Numbered from the stretch's first letter, positions 36,653 to 49,246 are shown. The stretch is DNA of 62,073 nt from an uncultured Salinivenus sp. (GCA_964612165.1 CAZTDC010000001.1:1-62073); one strand, 5' to 3'. Translations and numbers: made by a program. The notes: a model not told the origin generated them from the letters alone.

Positions 36653-38386
36653 TCAAGATCCCTTGCAGGCGCCCTTACCTCCCTGATTCTGCTGCAGCTT
36701 AGGATTCGCGTCGACCTGATCCTGAGGAATCGGATAAACCACCTTGCAGCCCGGCGTGGTCTCTCCTTGCTGCACTCGCCCCTTCCAGGCCCAAGTTCCT
36801 TCAGATGCGAACCCCGATCCTCCGGAGGGGCCTACGACCTCGTACCGCACAAGGTCGGTGCGGCGGTGCGCCTCGTGGTAAAGCTCCCGAAGCCGTTCAT
36901 CCAACAAGAACTCCAGGGTAAGGTCGGACTGGGTAATGTCTCCAGACGAATTGTTCTGTCCATACGCACGATCCCGGAGCTCATTGACGAGACTCAGCGG
37001 GGAAAGACCCTCATACTGCTGTCCGCCTCGCAGCACAGCCTCTGCGTAAGTCAGGTACACGCCACCAAGCCGAAACATCGGAAAGTCCGTGTCCGGGAAG
37101 GTAAGGTCTTTCCCAGTCTGCCCATCGGACGTGATGTTCTTAAATTTGATGACGCCATATCCAAACTGGAAGGTTTCCGGTGGACTACCAATTTCCTTGA
37201 CCTGTTTCTGCTGGCCATCGGTGAAGAAAATGCCCCGGCTATCAGCGCCCTGGGTGTTCCAAAATGTCGAATCTCGTGTCCCGGAAGAACTGCAGTTGTC
37301 GTCACTTGGAGAACAGTCAACACTCACCGAGTCCAGCGATCCTTCAAATTGATTAACCAACTCGGGAGTCCCACGATATCCCAGCCATGGGCCTTCAATT
37401 CCGCGGAGCTTCTCCAATCCCATATTTCCGCCAGAGGTGGCGTGGATGAGGAAGGTGGTGTTACTGTATGTCTGGCTGTTCACCCCATCCTGAGGAAGGG
37501 GAAAGATCATTCCAGGGTGGGTGTGATTGTCCGCCCGAAAGAGATCCCCATAGGAACGATCAACGGCCAAGCTATACGCACCAGAATTGATGACCTTTCC
37601 GGCTGCTTCAGCCGCCTCCGTGTAGTGAGGTTCTAATCCATACACCTCGGCGTTCAGGTACAACTTGGCGAGAAGAGCCCATCCTGCCCCCTTGTCTGCT
37701 CGTCCGTATTCGGCTTGCCCTGCCGGAGGAAGATTTTCAGTCCCTTCGTTGTCGGTAATCTCCTGGAGTTCCTGCTCGATGAAGTTGAAAAGCTCTTCCG
37801 ACGAAGCTTGCTCAGGAAATCCTCCTCCAACCTGCGTCGTGAGCGGAATCTCGCGGAAGAAATCCAAGCCATGGAAGTAGCTGAGCGCCCGAAGGAAGCG
37901 TGCCTCTGCTCGCCACTGCTGAATGTCTTCCTCTAGATCTGCACTAACCCCGCTAACGTCGCTCGATACCTCCAGGAATTTATTTGCATTCGAAGTTTGG
38001 AAAGAAATGCGGCTAAACATGGCAGCCAACAATCCATTCTGGGCCGACCAATCCTGATACGTAAAGGGAAGGACGGCTGGATCATCGACCCAACTGTTTA
38101 CGACTTCGTCGGTCGGTGTGGTTTGCAAATTCCAGTACAGTCGGCCATACCCGCCTTTTCCTTCATCCCCGAACACTCCCACGTCGTCGTCACCAAACGG
38201 GCCTTCTTGGCCGGTTAAAACCAGTCCGCCATACAACTTGGCAAGGTAATTCCTGTAATTCCCGGGCTCGCTGAAGACCGTGCTCTCCGTTTGTTCACTC
38301 TTCGGCTGTACCCCAACGTCGGTACAAGCCGTCATCGAAAGAACGAATGCCGAAAGGACGAAAATACGCAACACAGTACTCGACAT
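36653..38386 (-). CDS. susD: SusD/RagB-family nutrient-binding lipoprotein
   Basis: Lipobox MTA-C; AEARFLRALSY, LLAKLYLNAEVY, FRLGGVYLTYAEA, ERLRELYHEAHRRTDLVR, YPIP...NPKL. Confidence 0.93.
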   Translation of the reverse strand: MSSTVLRIFVLSAFVLSMTACTDVGVQPKSEQTESTVFSEPGNYRNYLAKLYGGLVLTGQEGPFGDDDVGVFGDEGKGGYGRLYWNLQTTPTDEVVNSWVDDPAVLPFTYQDWSAQNGLLAAMFSRISFQTSNANKFLEVSSDVSGVSADLEEDIQQWRAEARFLRALSYFHGLDFFREIPLTTQVGGGFPEQASSEELFNFIEQELQEITDNEGTENLPPAGQAEYGRADKGAGWALLAKLYLNAEVYGLEPHYTEAAEAAGKVINSGAYSLAVDRSYGDLFRADNHTHPGMIFPLPQDGVNSQTYSNTTFLIHATSGGNMGLEKLRGIEGPWLGYRGTPELVNQFEGSLDSVSVDCSPSDDNCSSSGTRDSTFWNTQGADSRGIFFTDGQQKQVKEIGSPPETFQFGYGVIKFKNITSDGQTGKDLTFPDTDFPMFRLGGVYLTYAEAVLRGGQQYEGLSPLSLVNELRDRAYGQNNSSGDITQSDLTLEFLLDERLRELYHEAHRRTDLVRYEVVGPSGGSGFASEGTWAWKGRVQQGETTPGCKVVYPIPQDQVDANPKLQQNQGGKGACKGS

Positions 38387-38444
38387 ATCAAAGTAGCAAT
38401 CTTTTGCAAGAAGCAAGAGGAATGAGCTTCGTCCCCGTGGCCGT

Positions 38445-41400
38445 TCAGAAGTTCAGACTGATTCCCGCCGTCCAGGTTCGGGACCGAGGGAATGTGTTGT
38501 TATCAATTCCAAATCCGATTTCGGGACGTGGACCGCTATATCCCGTGAGGACAAGTGCATTTTCAACGCGACCGTACACCCGAAGCCGCTTGACAGACGG
38601 AATCTGATCGAAGCTATAACCAAGCGTCACGTTGTCTAGCTTCAGGAACGAAGCGTCTTCAAGGTACACGTTGGAAAGAAGCCGCTTCTGGCGGAACTGA
38701 TACTCGAGAACAGACTCATGGAGATTGACAGGTACTCCATCCCCACTGACAATCGAGCTCAAACTTCCCGCGTTGGAAGCGTTATTGTTATAGACCTTGT
38801 TGCCAAGCTGGCTCCGAAGCGTAAACGAGAAATCCAAGCCCTCGTAGCGAAATTGCTGTGAGTGCCCAAAGGTCCAATCAGGAAAGGGCGTCCCCTGGAG
38901 GGTGCGGTCTGCCCGCGTGATTGCACCGTCAGGCTCATTCCCGTCCTCCCCACCGCCAGCAACATCTCTGTATATGTCAAGAGGTCTAACTTGGCTCGGA
39001 TCTTCGAAGTCGGTTGCGCGGCAGGGATGGCCGTTGCACATCTTGTGCTCGTACAAGAAGAAGGAATATGCAGGCTCCCCTTGCCGTAGGATCTGGATCT
39101 GATTCCCTGTTCCGCCAGCAATTCCTCCCCGTAGGGGATCGTTCGCCCGGGTAATGTCAAGCACCTCATTGTTATTGGAAGCAGCATTGAGGCTGGCATT
39201 CCAAGAGGCGTTATCCGTCTCGAATACGGTCGCGTCCAGCTCAAACTCCCATCCCGTATTTCGAACAGACCCGATGTTCGTTTCTGCGAGATCCCCAACG
39301 TTTGTAAACGCTGGTTGCAAGGCGTTGAAAATCAGATCGTTGGTGTCTTTCTGATACCACTCGATATTACCGTTGAGACGATCATCCAGAAATCCAAAGG
39401 TGAGGCCGACATTTGTCTGTCTCGTCTCCTCCCATTTCAGACCCGGATCGGCTGGCGTCGGGCGAAGCATCGTAAGGAATTCATCCCCAAACTGGGCTCG
39501 TGCCTTGTCACCACTGAAGTTGAAAGTGCTCACATATTGGAAATCCCCAATCTCCTGATTACCGGTGATCCCCCATGATCCGCGCAGCTTTAAGTTTGAG
39601 ATTGTCGGCGTTAGGTCTTCCATGAACGGCTCATTCGTGATTCGCCAAGCCAGGGACGCGGAAGGAAACGTCCCCCACCGATTCCTCGGACCAAAGCGTG
39701 AGGAGCCATCTCGGCGGACTGTAAGCGTGAGGAGGTACCGGTTTTTGAAGGAGTAATTCAAACGCCCGAATCCTGAGATCAGCCGATTATTGAGCTCCGC
39801 AACAAAGGTCGTTTGCTCAGACGCTGGCGATGTGCTGTTTTCCTCCAGAATATTCGTAGCCAAACCAAAAGCCTGGAACTCCGGATACTCCTCGGTGAAG
39901 TCTTGATACGAGTATCCAAGCGTGGCATTCACATCACTGTCGATCGCGTCGAACGTCCGCGAATATTCGAAATAGGCATCTGTGAGAAGATTGACTCGGG
40001 TAAAGTTCCTCCGAGCAACTTCTCCCGGGGGATTTCCTCCCGGCGCCTGCTGACTTCGAAGGGACGTGGGTGCGAAGAATTCATTTTCCCCACTGTTGAT
40101 GTCGTATCCCAGATTCAACCGAGCAGTGAGTCCCTCTACGACAGGGAGGTTGTATTCAAACTTCACGTTTCCAAGACTTCGATACTGCTCACCGGTATTT
40201 TGCGTCAACCGATATTCGGCAACTGGATTACTAGGCGAAAGGGTGAGATTCGCCGGCCACTCAAAAAAGCCCTCAAATTGACTGGTCGAATCACGTACAG
40301 GGTGCGTAGGGTCGAAGAACAGAGCGTTTCCAACCGTCCCTCCTGGCGCGAATTGATCTCGTGTACGAGACGCCTTCACGTTTGCATTGATCGTGAGCGA
40401 CTCGTCGAAAAAAAGCTCTTTATAGCTGAGAGAAGCATTAGCCCGCTCTGTATTCGACGAATGGACAATGCCTTGCTCTTTGAAATACCCTAATGAGAAT
40501 CGATACGACCGGGCCTCTTCTCCTCCTGATAGACTAACGGAGTGGTCCTGCGTTACGGAGGAGCGTGTCACTTCTTCGAACCAGTCCGTGGAAGCCTCCC
40601 CCATCTTGTTCTGAACATTGGAAGAGGAATATCCCTCTATTAACAATCCGTTAACAAGATTACGGTACTGTTCGCCACTGAGAACATCCGGGCGATCAAC
40701 CGGATTTGCAGTCGAGACTGAGCCGTTGTACGTCACTCGCTGATTGCCCCCTCCCTGTTTTGTCTCGATAAGAATGACGCCGTTGGCCGCGCGGGACCCG
40801 TAGATTGCAGTAGCAGATGCATCCTTGAGGACAGTGATATTCTCGACATTGCTAGGATCGATAAAGTTTAGCGGGTTTCGTCCTCCAGACGTGCCTTCAT
40901 TGGAAATCGGAACTCCATCCAGAACAAAAAGCGGCTCACTACTTGCGTTGATTGAGGATCCACCACGAAGGCGAATCAGTGGCTTCTCTCCGGGACGACC
41001 AGAACCGCTCGTAATTTGAAGTCCCGAGACCTTCCCCTGAATCATCCCCTCAGGACTGCTATGGGTTCCCGGATTAAAAGACGCCGAGTCGATCTTCGCA
41101 ACCGACCCAGTAATGTCTCGCTGATTCTGCGTTCCGTATCCGACAACGACGACTTCTTCGAGGGTCTCCTGACTGGCACGCAGCTCAAAATCGACCTGCG
41201 TCTCCTCTCCAGCCGTCACCTCCACTTCCTCGACGACCTGGGGCTGAAACCCAACAAAGGAGGCACGGAGCGAATAGAGTCCCGGTTCAACGTTCTCGAT
41301 GGTAAACTGTCCCTGCGCGTTCGTGGCCGTTCCCCTCTGGGTTCCGACGATGCTGACATTTGCCCCCGGCAACGTTTCGGCATTTTGGGCGTCAGTAACC

Positions 41401-41513
41401 GTTCCAGTTATCGTCCCGGTTTCCTGCGCCTGTACCGGCAAGGCCATCAAGCCGAAAGCAAAGACAACAACAAGACCGACAATCGAACGATGGGCGGATA
41501 GCAAGGTGCTCAT
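38445..41513 (-). CDS. susC: SusC/RagA-family TonB-dependent outer-membrane transporter
   Basis: VVVVGYG, PLFVLDG, VLKDASATAIYGSRAANGVILIETK, RRDGSSRFG, LKWEET, C-terminal F. Confidence 0.96.
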   Translation of the reverse strand: MSTLLSAHRSIVGLVVVFAFGLMALPVQAQETGTITGTVTDAQNAETLPGANVSIVGTQRGTATNAQGQFTIENVEPGLYSLRASFVGFQPQVVEEVEVTAGEETQVDFELRASQETLEEVVVVGYGTQNQRDITGSVAKIDSASFNPGTHSSPEGMIQGKVSGLQITSGSGRPGEKPLIRLRGGSSINASSEPLFVLDGVPISNEGTSGGRNPLNFIDPSNVENITVLKDASATAIYGSRAANGVILIETKQGGGNQRVTYNGSVSTANPVDRPDVLSGEQYRNLVNGLLIEGYSSSNVQNKMGEASTDWFEEVTRSSVTQDHSVSLSGGEEARSYRFSLGYFKEQGIVHSSNTERANASLSYKELFFDESLTINANVKASRTRDQFAPGGTVGNALFFDPTHPVRDSTSQFEGFFEWPANLTLSPSNPVAEYRLTQNTGEQYRSLGNVKFEYNLPVVEGLTARLNLGYDINSGENEFFAPTSLRSQQAPGGNPPGEVARRNFTRVNLLTDAYFEYSRTFDAIDSDVNATLGYSYQDFTEEYPEFQAFGLATNILEENSTSPASEQTTFVAELNNRLISGFGRLNYSFKNRYLLTLTVRRDGSSRFGPRNRWGTFPSASLAWRITNEPFMEDLTPTISNLKLRGSWGITGNQEIGDFQYVSTFNFSGDKARAQFGDEFLTMLRPTPADPGLKWEETRQTNVGLTFGFLDDRLNGNIEWYQKDTNDLIFNALQPAFTNVGDLAETNIGSVRNTGWEFELDATVFETDNASWNASLNAASNNNEVLDITRANDPLRGGIAGGTGNQIQILRQGEPAYSFFLYEHKMCNGHPCRATDFEDPSQVRPLDIYRDVAGGGEDGNEPDGAITRADRTLQGTPFPDWTFGHSQQFRYEGLDFSFTLRSQLGNKVYNNNASNAGSLSSIVSGDGVPVNLHESVLEYQFRQKRLLSNVYLEDASFLKLDNVTLGYSFDQIPSVKRLRVYGRVENALVLTGYSGPRPEIGFGIDNNTFPRSRTWTAGISLNF

Positions 41514-41625
41514 CGGAATCTGGGCATTAATGATGAAAGTACTACAGTTGGAGGCGAATGCGCCTCCGCGGTCTCAATCAACGTTATTGGGGTAGGGTCG
41601 AACAGGCCGTGAGACACATTTACGT

Positions 41626-42642
41626 TCAGCCCTCAGGCCTCTTCGGTCTCCCACCAGAGGAACTTCGGACCACCAGCTCCGGGGCAAACACCGTGCTCGA
41701 CACCCTTCGCCCCGGATCGCCAATGCGGCCAACCAGTTTCTCTATAGCCAGCTTTCCAAAGTCGCGGAGAGGCTGGCGGATGGTCGTCAACCCAACATAC
41801 TCACTGATGTCGATATCGTCGAAGCCCACGATTGCAACGTCGTTGGGCACCAATTGCCCCCCTTCTTTGAGGGCTCGTCGAGCGCCGATTGCCTGCATGT
41901 CGGAGGAGGCAAAAACCGCCTGCGGCACCGACTCACGCTCAAGCAAATCATTCATGGCCCGATAGCCGCCCTTCTTGTCAAAAGCAAATGGTTCTTTTTC
42001 GCCCCGAGCAACGATGGGGGACTGTCCGGCCTCAGCGAGTGCCCGTTCGTACCCTTTCCGCCGCATTCGGGCCGGCGGAGGTTCGGGGCGATCGGCCGTA
42101 ATGTGCGCAATGGTCTCGTAGCCACTGTCAATCAAATGGCGGGTGGCCTTGTACCCCCCCTCTTCATTATCGAGGGAGATCGACTCGAAATCCGAATGTT
42201 CTGTGTCAACGAGCACAACTTCCTGCGGAGTAGACCGCAGATGGTCGGCAATTTCGGGCGTCACCTTCGACGATAGAAACAAAAGCCCGTCACTCCGGCC
42301 CCGCTGTGTCGCGCGCTTCAGTTGCTTTTGAACCTGACCCGGGTGGGAGGGCGCGTAGACCAGAAGATCGAACTCACTGCTGGCCAGCGCATCTTGAACT
42401 CCCCGAAGGACCCCCATGTAAAAGTACTGGGCCAGGACCGGCACCACAACGGCAATGAGCTTCGTGCGCTGCCGCGCCAAACTTTGCGCTGACGCATGGG
42501 GCTGATAGTCAAGGGCCTGAGCGGCTTCGAGCACTTTCTCCCTCGTCTCTGCCGCGACCCCCGACTGGTCATTGAACACCCGGGAAACGGTTGCGGTGGA
42601 GACATCAGCTCGTTCCGCAATGTCGTATATGGTTGGCGGCAC
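41626..42642 (-). CDS. LacI-family regulator of the alpha-glucan locus
   Basis: TIYDIAERADVSTATVSRVFN HTH; VFASSD, VGFDDI, LTTIRQP; GTG start. Confidence 0.94.
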   Translation of the reverse strand: MPPTIYDIAERADVSTATVSRVFNDQSGVAAETREKVLEAAQALDYQPHASAQSLARQRTKLIAVVVPVLAQYFYMGVLRGVQDALASSEFDLLVYAPSHPGQVQKQLKRATQRGRSDGLLFLSSKVTPEIADHLRSTPQEVVLVDTEHSDFESISLDNEEGGYKATRHLIDSGYETIAHITADRPEPPPARMRRKGYERALAEAGQSPIVARGEKEPFAFDKKGGYRAMNDLLERESVPQAVFASSDMQAIGARRALKEGGQLVPNDVAIVGFDDIDISEYVGLTTIRQPLRDFGKLAIEKLVGRIGDPGRRVSSTVFAPELVVRSSSGGRPKRPEG

Positions 42643-42669
42643 AGGATTGCCGGACCAGTAAGTGGCACG

Positions 42670-42685
42670 ATGTAAGCGATTACAT
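42670..42685. promoter_or_regulatory. LacI-type operator-like palindrome (proximal)
   Basis: ATGTAAGCGATTACAT, 27 bp upstream of the LacI start. Confidence 0.65.
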
Positions 42686-42833
42686 GGTGCTAGGTAGTGA
42701 ACGGAATGTCAAACTGCACTCACGGTCTTCTCACTATTCACTTTCTAACGGATCAAGAGGTGTTTTCTTGAAGATATTAACTCAGCGCTCGAAATCACGA
42801 GCTCATTTTTACATCCTCAGCGTTAAGTATTTT

Positions 42834-42847
42834 CGTAACCGGTTACG
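42834..42847. promoter_or_regulatory. LacI-type operator-like palindrome (distal)
   Basis: Perfect palindrome CGTAACCGGTTACG in an AT-rich promoter region. Confidence 0.65.
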
Positions 42848-43125
42848 TTAAATAAATCAGTAAGCAGGTGTTTTTCACGGCACTCGGTAGGCAGTTGAGG
42901 CTAATACTCTGTATTTTGGAGCTTCCTCCCCCGGATGCACCAGCATCAGACCCACATATTCTTATCTTAGCCCTTCATAAATCACGGAAGATGGAGATGG
43001 CTTGAAGTCGGCCCTCTTACATGATCGGTGAGGGACGATTCTTCCCCGATTATCGTACCCTGCCTACGTACTTCGATTGGACTTTCAATCGTTCTTCGCG
43101 ATAAGCCCCCCCTCTCACTATACAG

Positions 43126-44055
43126 ATGCCGCGACTTCAGATTGACCCCGAATCAAACACACCTGTCCGCGATCAACTCGTCGAACAACTTCGCTATCTA
43201 ATCGCCAGCGGGCACTATAAGGTCAACGAAACCCTTCCGTCTACCCGCAGCCTTGGAGACCGTCTCGACGTCTCATTTCACACCGTGCGCAAGGCGTACC
43301 AGGTACTGGAGGATCAGGGCCTTCTTAGTGCTCAGGTCGGGAGCGGATACACCGTGAAAGAGCGGACACCGCTCACGAAAAGTGAACGGATTGAACAAGG
43401 TGCCGAAGTGGTCCACGAGGCCCTGCGCAAACTGGTGGGACTGGGCCTCAGCGACGCCGAAATCGAATCGCTGTTCCAGGAACAAGCCACCCTCCTTGAT
43501 CACGCAAGCCTGGAGCAAAAACTCCTGGCCGTTGGCCCCCATTCCGAGCTAAACGACCTGTGGGCCGAACAATTAAGCACAGCGCTTCAGCGGACCGTTC
43601 GACCCGTTCCCCTCGCCCAACTGGATCGCCACCCGGACGCCGATTTTGCGTTCACGCCTTACAACTACCTCTCACGCGTCTTGGAGAGCCTTCCACGAGG
43701 TGATACGCTGGGCTTCGTCACGCATCTGCCCGCTCGCTTGTTGGAACGCGTCGCGCGCCTTCTCGACCGCGAAAGCCTTGGCCTCGTGACGAGGTATCGT
43801 GATACCATTCCCCCTCTCTCCGAGCAGCTCCGAACGAACACCGCGTACGGGGGACAGGTGATTGCTGCCTCCATCGAAGAAGGCGCCGACCATTTGTCGA
43901 ACGTCGTCGAGAAAACCGATCTCCTGGTCTACACCCCCGACAGCCGACGGCGCCTCCTTCCTTTTCTCAAGGATGAGAGCCTCGACCACGAAGAGCTTTC
44001 TGTCCTCGTGAGCCAAGACTCGATCGATGCGATCCTAGAAGCCGTGCCGGTCTAA
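43126..44055 (+). CDS. GntR-family regulator with extended C-terminal domain (PlmA-like)
   Basis: wHTH LPSTRSLG...HTVRKAYQVLEDQGLL..QVGSG plus a long alpha/beta C-terminal region. Confidence 0.85.
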   Translation: MPRLQIDPESNTPVRDQLVEQLRYLIASGHYKVNETLPSTRSLGDRLDVSFHTVRKAYQVLEDQGLLSAQVGSGYTVKERTPLTKSERIEQGAEVVHEALRKLVGLGLSDAEIESLFQEQATLLDHASLEQKLLAVGPHSELNDLWAEQLSTALQRTVRPVPLAQLDRHPDADFAFTPYNYLSRVLESLPRGDTLGFVTHLPARLLERVARLLDRESLGLVTRYRDTIPPLSEQLRTNTAYGGQVIAASIEEGADHLSNVVEKTDLLVYTPDSRRRLLPFLKDESLDHEELSVLVSQDSIDAILEAVPV

Positions 44056-44078
44056 CGGGAAGAAGGTGTTCTAGCGTC

Positions 44079-46826
44079 TCAGGTCTCCTCCTGTTTGGCC
44101 GGGGTGGACTCATTTTCTTCCTCCTCAGGAGAAGAACGTCCCTCTTTGTCCGACTGTCCGTCATCGGTCTCCGTCTGTGGCATCGAGTTGGACGCCTCAT
44201 CAATCTCCTCGTCGATGTCCTCCGGAGGAACCGTGCCGGAAACGTCAGCGGGTGCTGAGGCCGGCGGTCTCCCTTCACGTTCGGAGCGGGAGTGCGGAGA
44301 GGCCTCGGCAAGTTCCGGTCGCGGCTCTCGCGGGTCCCGGAGACCGGGGACCGTGTCGTCGAGCCAGATGGCGTCGGGCTCTTCTACCTCCACGCCCCAG
44401 GGCCCGCGCTCCAGCTCCACCGATACCTCGTCGTACGGCTCCTCCCCAGCCACGGCCACAACGGTCGGCTCGGCTTCCTCGGACTCCTGTTCTTCCTGGT
44501 CCGGATACTTGACCCGCACGTGGTAAATGCCAAGGAGCATCTTCAAAAACGTCTCCTTGATGAGGCGAAGGTCCTGAAAGGTCAAGTTCGTCTCATCCAG
44601 CTGCCCGTCCTCAATCCGTTCCTGAAAGATGAGATCGATGAGTGACTTGAGGCGATTGTGCGACGGATCGTCCAGGCTCCGACTCGCCGCCTCAATCGAA
44701 TCGGCAAGCATCAGGATGCCTGTCTCTTTCGAGTCGGGCTTGGGGCCGGGATACCGAAATTCGGACTCCAGGACCGGGGAGTCTTCGTCGTCGGTTTCGC
44801 CCACGGCCTTTCGGTAAAAGTATTCGATCCGAGCAGTGCCGTGATGCGTCGGGATGAATTTGAGTACCTTCTCTGGAAGGTTGTGCTCCTTCGCCATCTC
44901 AAGCCCCTCTTTCACGTGACTCGCGATGATGAGCGCACTCATGCGTGGCTTCAACTGATCGTGCGGGTTCACACCGGTCCGCTGGTTTTCCACGAAATAC
45001 TCCGGCTTGCGCATCTTTCCAATGTCGTGGTAGAGCGCCCCCACACGGGTGAGTAGCGAGTGCGCCCCGATTCGGTCGGCGGCCGCCTCCGCGAGATTGG
45101 CGACTTGCAAGGAATGATTGAAGGAGCCGGGTGCCCGGAGGCTCAAATCCCTGAGGAGCTTGTTGTTCGTATCCGAAAGCTCCAGAAGCGTCAGGTCCGT
45201 TGTGATGTCAAAGACGCGTTCCAGCGCCCACAGGAACAGCGACGCCGCGATGGTAAAGGAGGCGCCGAAGGCTGCAAAACCGAGCTCTCGCCCGTAAAGC
45301 TCTACCGGGGTCCCGAGATAAAGCCAGCTTGCGGTGAGGACGAGTACATACCCGAAAAACACGAGGGCGGCACTCACAAAAAACTGTCCGCGGTTTTTAA
45401 TATCACGGACACTGAAGACACCGAAGGCCCCCGAAAAGAAGGTCGCAAGGGTGTACTCCAAGTCCAGCCCCAGCATTTGGCCCCCAGTGAAGGCCAGGAC
45501 GATCGTGGCGAAAAGCCCTATTCGAGAGTTGAAGACGATTGTCATGAGGACTGAGGCGAGCGCCACGGGCACGGCGTAAAGATTAATCCACGGAAATCGG
45601 ACCACCACCCCAAACAGCGCAATGATGAATCCGAGAAGCACCGTAATGAGGACCATGTCCCGGTCTTCCCGCCAGATGTCGGGACGGAAGAGGTAAAGGT
45701 AGAAGAAGAAGAACGTAAAGCTCAGAAACGCAAAGAGGCCCTCTCCGAGAACCTGTTGCCAGACAATCAGGGAGGCCATACGCTCATTCTTCTCTCGTTC
45801 AAGGGAGGCGAGTTTCCGCTTGATTTCCTCGGTAACCCGCTCCCCCTTCTGTACAATGACCTCTCCCTTCTCTACTCCCCCTTGAATCGCCGTTACGTTC
45901 TGGGCTCGTCGATTCCGCTCCCGAAGCGTTTCAGCACGCATGTACTGCAGCGACGGCTGAAAAATGGCGCGGAAAAATGAGAACGCAATGTCCGCATGCT
46001 CCGGGTTCTCCTGAAAGCGTTCTTGCAGTTGATCCTCAACGTGGTCGTAGGCCTCGTTCAGGCCATAAAGGTTGTCTTTATCGACCGATTTCTGTACCCG
46101 CTCCTCCTTATCTCGAACAATCACGACGTCCGTGGAGATAGAATCTCGCGAACGATCCATTACCCCGAGGTTCAGAAGCTGCGAGCCGAGTTGGAACGCC
46201 TCGGCCAGCAGCTCCCGATGCAGGCGGCCGTCTGAGGCTGTGCCCGCCTCCCCCCGCGATCCGCCCGAGAGCCCCTGTACTTGGCGCACATACTGCTGGG
46301 CAAGAAGCGTCCACTGGGAAGGCGTGAGGGTAACAAGCGCATTGCGGCGGCGCTGAACAAACTGCGACGAGTCCTTTCTCGCTTCTTGGGTCTCGTCTCG
46401 GGAGCGATGATACTGGTAACTCGCGTAGGTCTCTAGAACCTGATTGACCTGGCGACGGAGCGTATCCCGGTTGGCCTCCATTCTCTCGCTGGCATCGGAG
46501 TCAACCTGAAAAAACGGAGGAGTGTTTTTGCGAACCGTGTCTCTTTTGGCTTCAACCCGCTCTTCGTCGACATAGACCGGAAAGGAAAATTGCGCCTCCA
46601 GGGTCGACTGCCGCCACGTGTCCCCCACCTGCACCGTGTACTCGTACATTTCCCCACGCGGAAAGGCCAAAAGGGTCAGGCCCACGAGAACGATCAGCAG
46701 TCCTCCGCGGAGCAGCCACAACTGCCAGGGCTCGGTCTCCTCTTCAGGACGGCCGCTCGTCTCCAGCTCGTGCCCCACTGGTTTGGCAGAGCGACGGCTC
46801 CAGCCAAGCTTTTCGAAAATGCCCAT
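44079..46826 (-). CDS. 7TM-HD membrane phosphohydrolase (PgpH-like)
   Basis: Extracellular domain, 7 TM block, APGSFNHS, YHDIGK, SHVKEG, THHGT, FRYPGPKP, LADSIEAA; acidic tail. Confidence 0.9.
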   Translation of the reverse strand: MGIFEKLGWSRRSAKPVGHELETSGRPEEETEPWQLWLLRGGLLIVLVGLTLLAFPRGEMYEYTVQVGDTWRQSTLEAQFSFPVYVDEERVEAKRDTVRKNTPPFFQVDSDASERMEANRDTLRRQVNQVLETYASYQYHRSRDETQEARKDSSQFVQRRRNALVTLTPSQWTLLAQQYVRQVQGLSGGSRGEAGTASDGRLHRELLAEAFQLGSQLLNLGVMDRSRDSISTDVVIVRDKEERVQKSVDKDNLYGLNEAYDHVEDQLQERFQENPEHADIAFSFFRAIFQPSLQYMRAETLRERNRRAQNVTAIQGGVEKGEVIVQKGERVTEEIKRKLASLEREKNERMASLIVWQQVLGEGLFAFLSFTFFFFYLYLFRPDIWREDRDMVLITVLLGFIIALFGVVVRFPWINLYAVPVALASVLMTIVFNSRIGLFATIVLAFTGGQMLGLDLEYTLATFFSGAFGVFSVRDIKNRGQFFVSAALVFFGYVLVLTASWLYLGTPVELYGRELGFAAFGASFTIAASLFLWALERVFDITTDLTLLELSDTNNKLLRDLSLRAPGSFNHSLQVANLAEAAADRIGAHSLLTRVGALYHDIGKMRKPEYFVENQRTGVNPHDQLKPRMSALIIASHVKEGLEMAKEHNLPEKVLKFIPTHHGTARIEYFYRKAVGETDDEDSPVLESEFRYPGPKPDSKETGILMLADSIEAASRSLDDPSHNRLKSLIDLIFQERIEDGQLDETNLTFQDLRLIKETFLKMLLGIYHVRVKYPDQEEQESEEAEPTVVAVAGEEPYDEVSVELERGPWGVEVEEPDAIWLDDTVPGLRDPREPRPELAEASPHSRSEREGRPPASAPADVSGTVPPEDIDEEIDEASNSMPQTETDDGQSDKEGRSSPEEEENESTPAKQEET

Positions 46827-47065
46827 AGCGAAAACCCATCAAATCGACAGACACGGTGTCCCAGAGTCCTCTCTGGGCATATCGGTTCGTGAATGAGGCA
46901 GGAGGGCGAGAGGATCCTTCTTCTTTAGACAACCAAGCACAACTCCCGAACGAGGAATCGATCGGGTCGAAAGCTGGACCTGGGAGGACCTACAACATCA
47001 ATAATCGAGGCTCCCTTCAAAATCATCAGGGCCTGCGAGGGTCCCAGAAAGGGTAGGTCCTCAGA

Positions 47066-49246
<2,181 letters not shown>

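Noticed and set aside
36767-37636. Long antisense or alternate-frame ORFs (also 49693-50520, 50231-51073, 54084-55022, 55599-56498, 58433-59218)
   Set aside because: They overlap well-supported genes, lack motifs and are expected shadows in GC-rich coding DNA
46860-46877. Short hairpin CCCAGAG-TCCT-CTCTGGG upstream of the HD-protein gene
   Set aside because: Short stem with no U-tract; not enough to call a terminator or regulatory RNA
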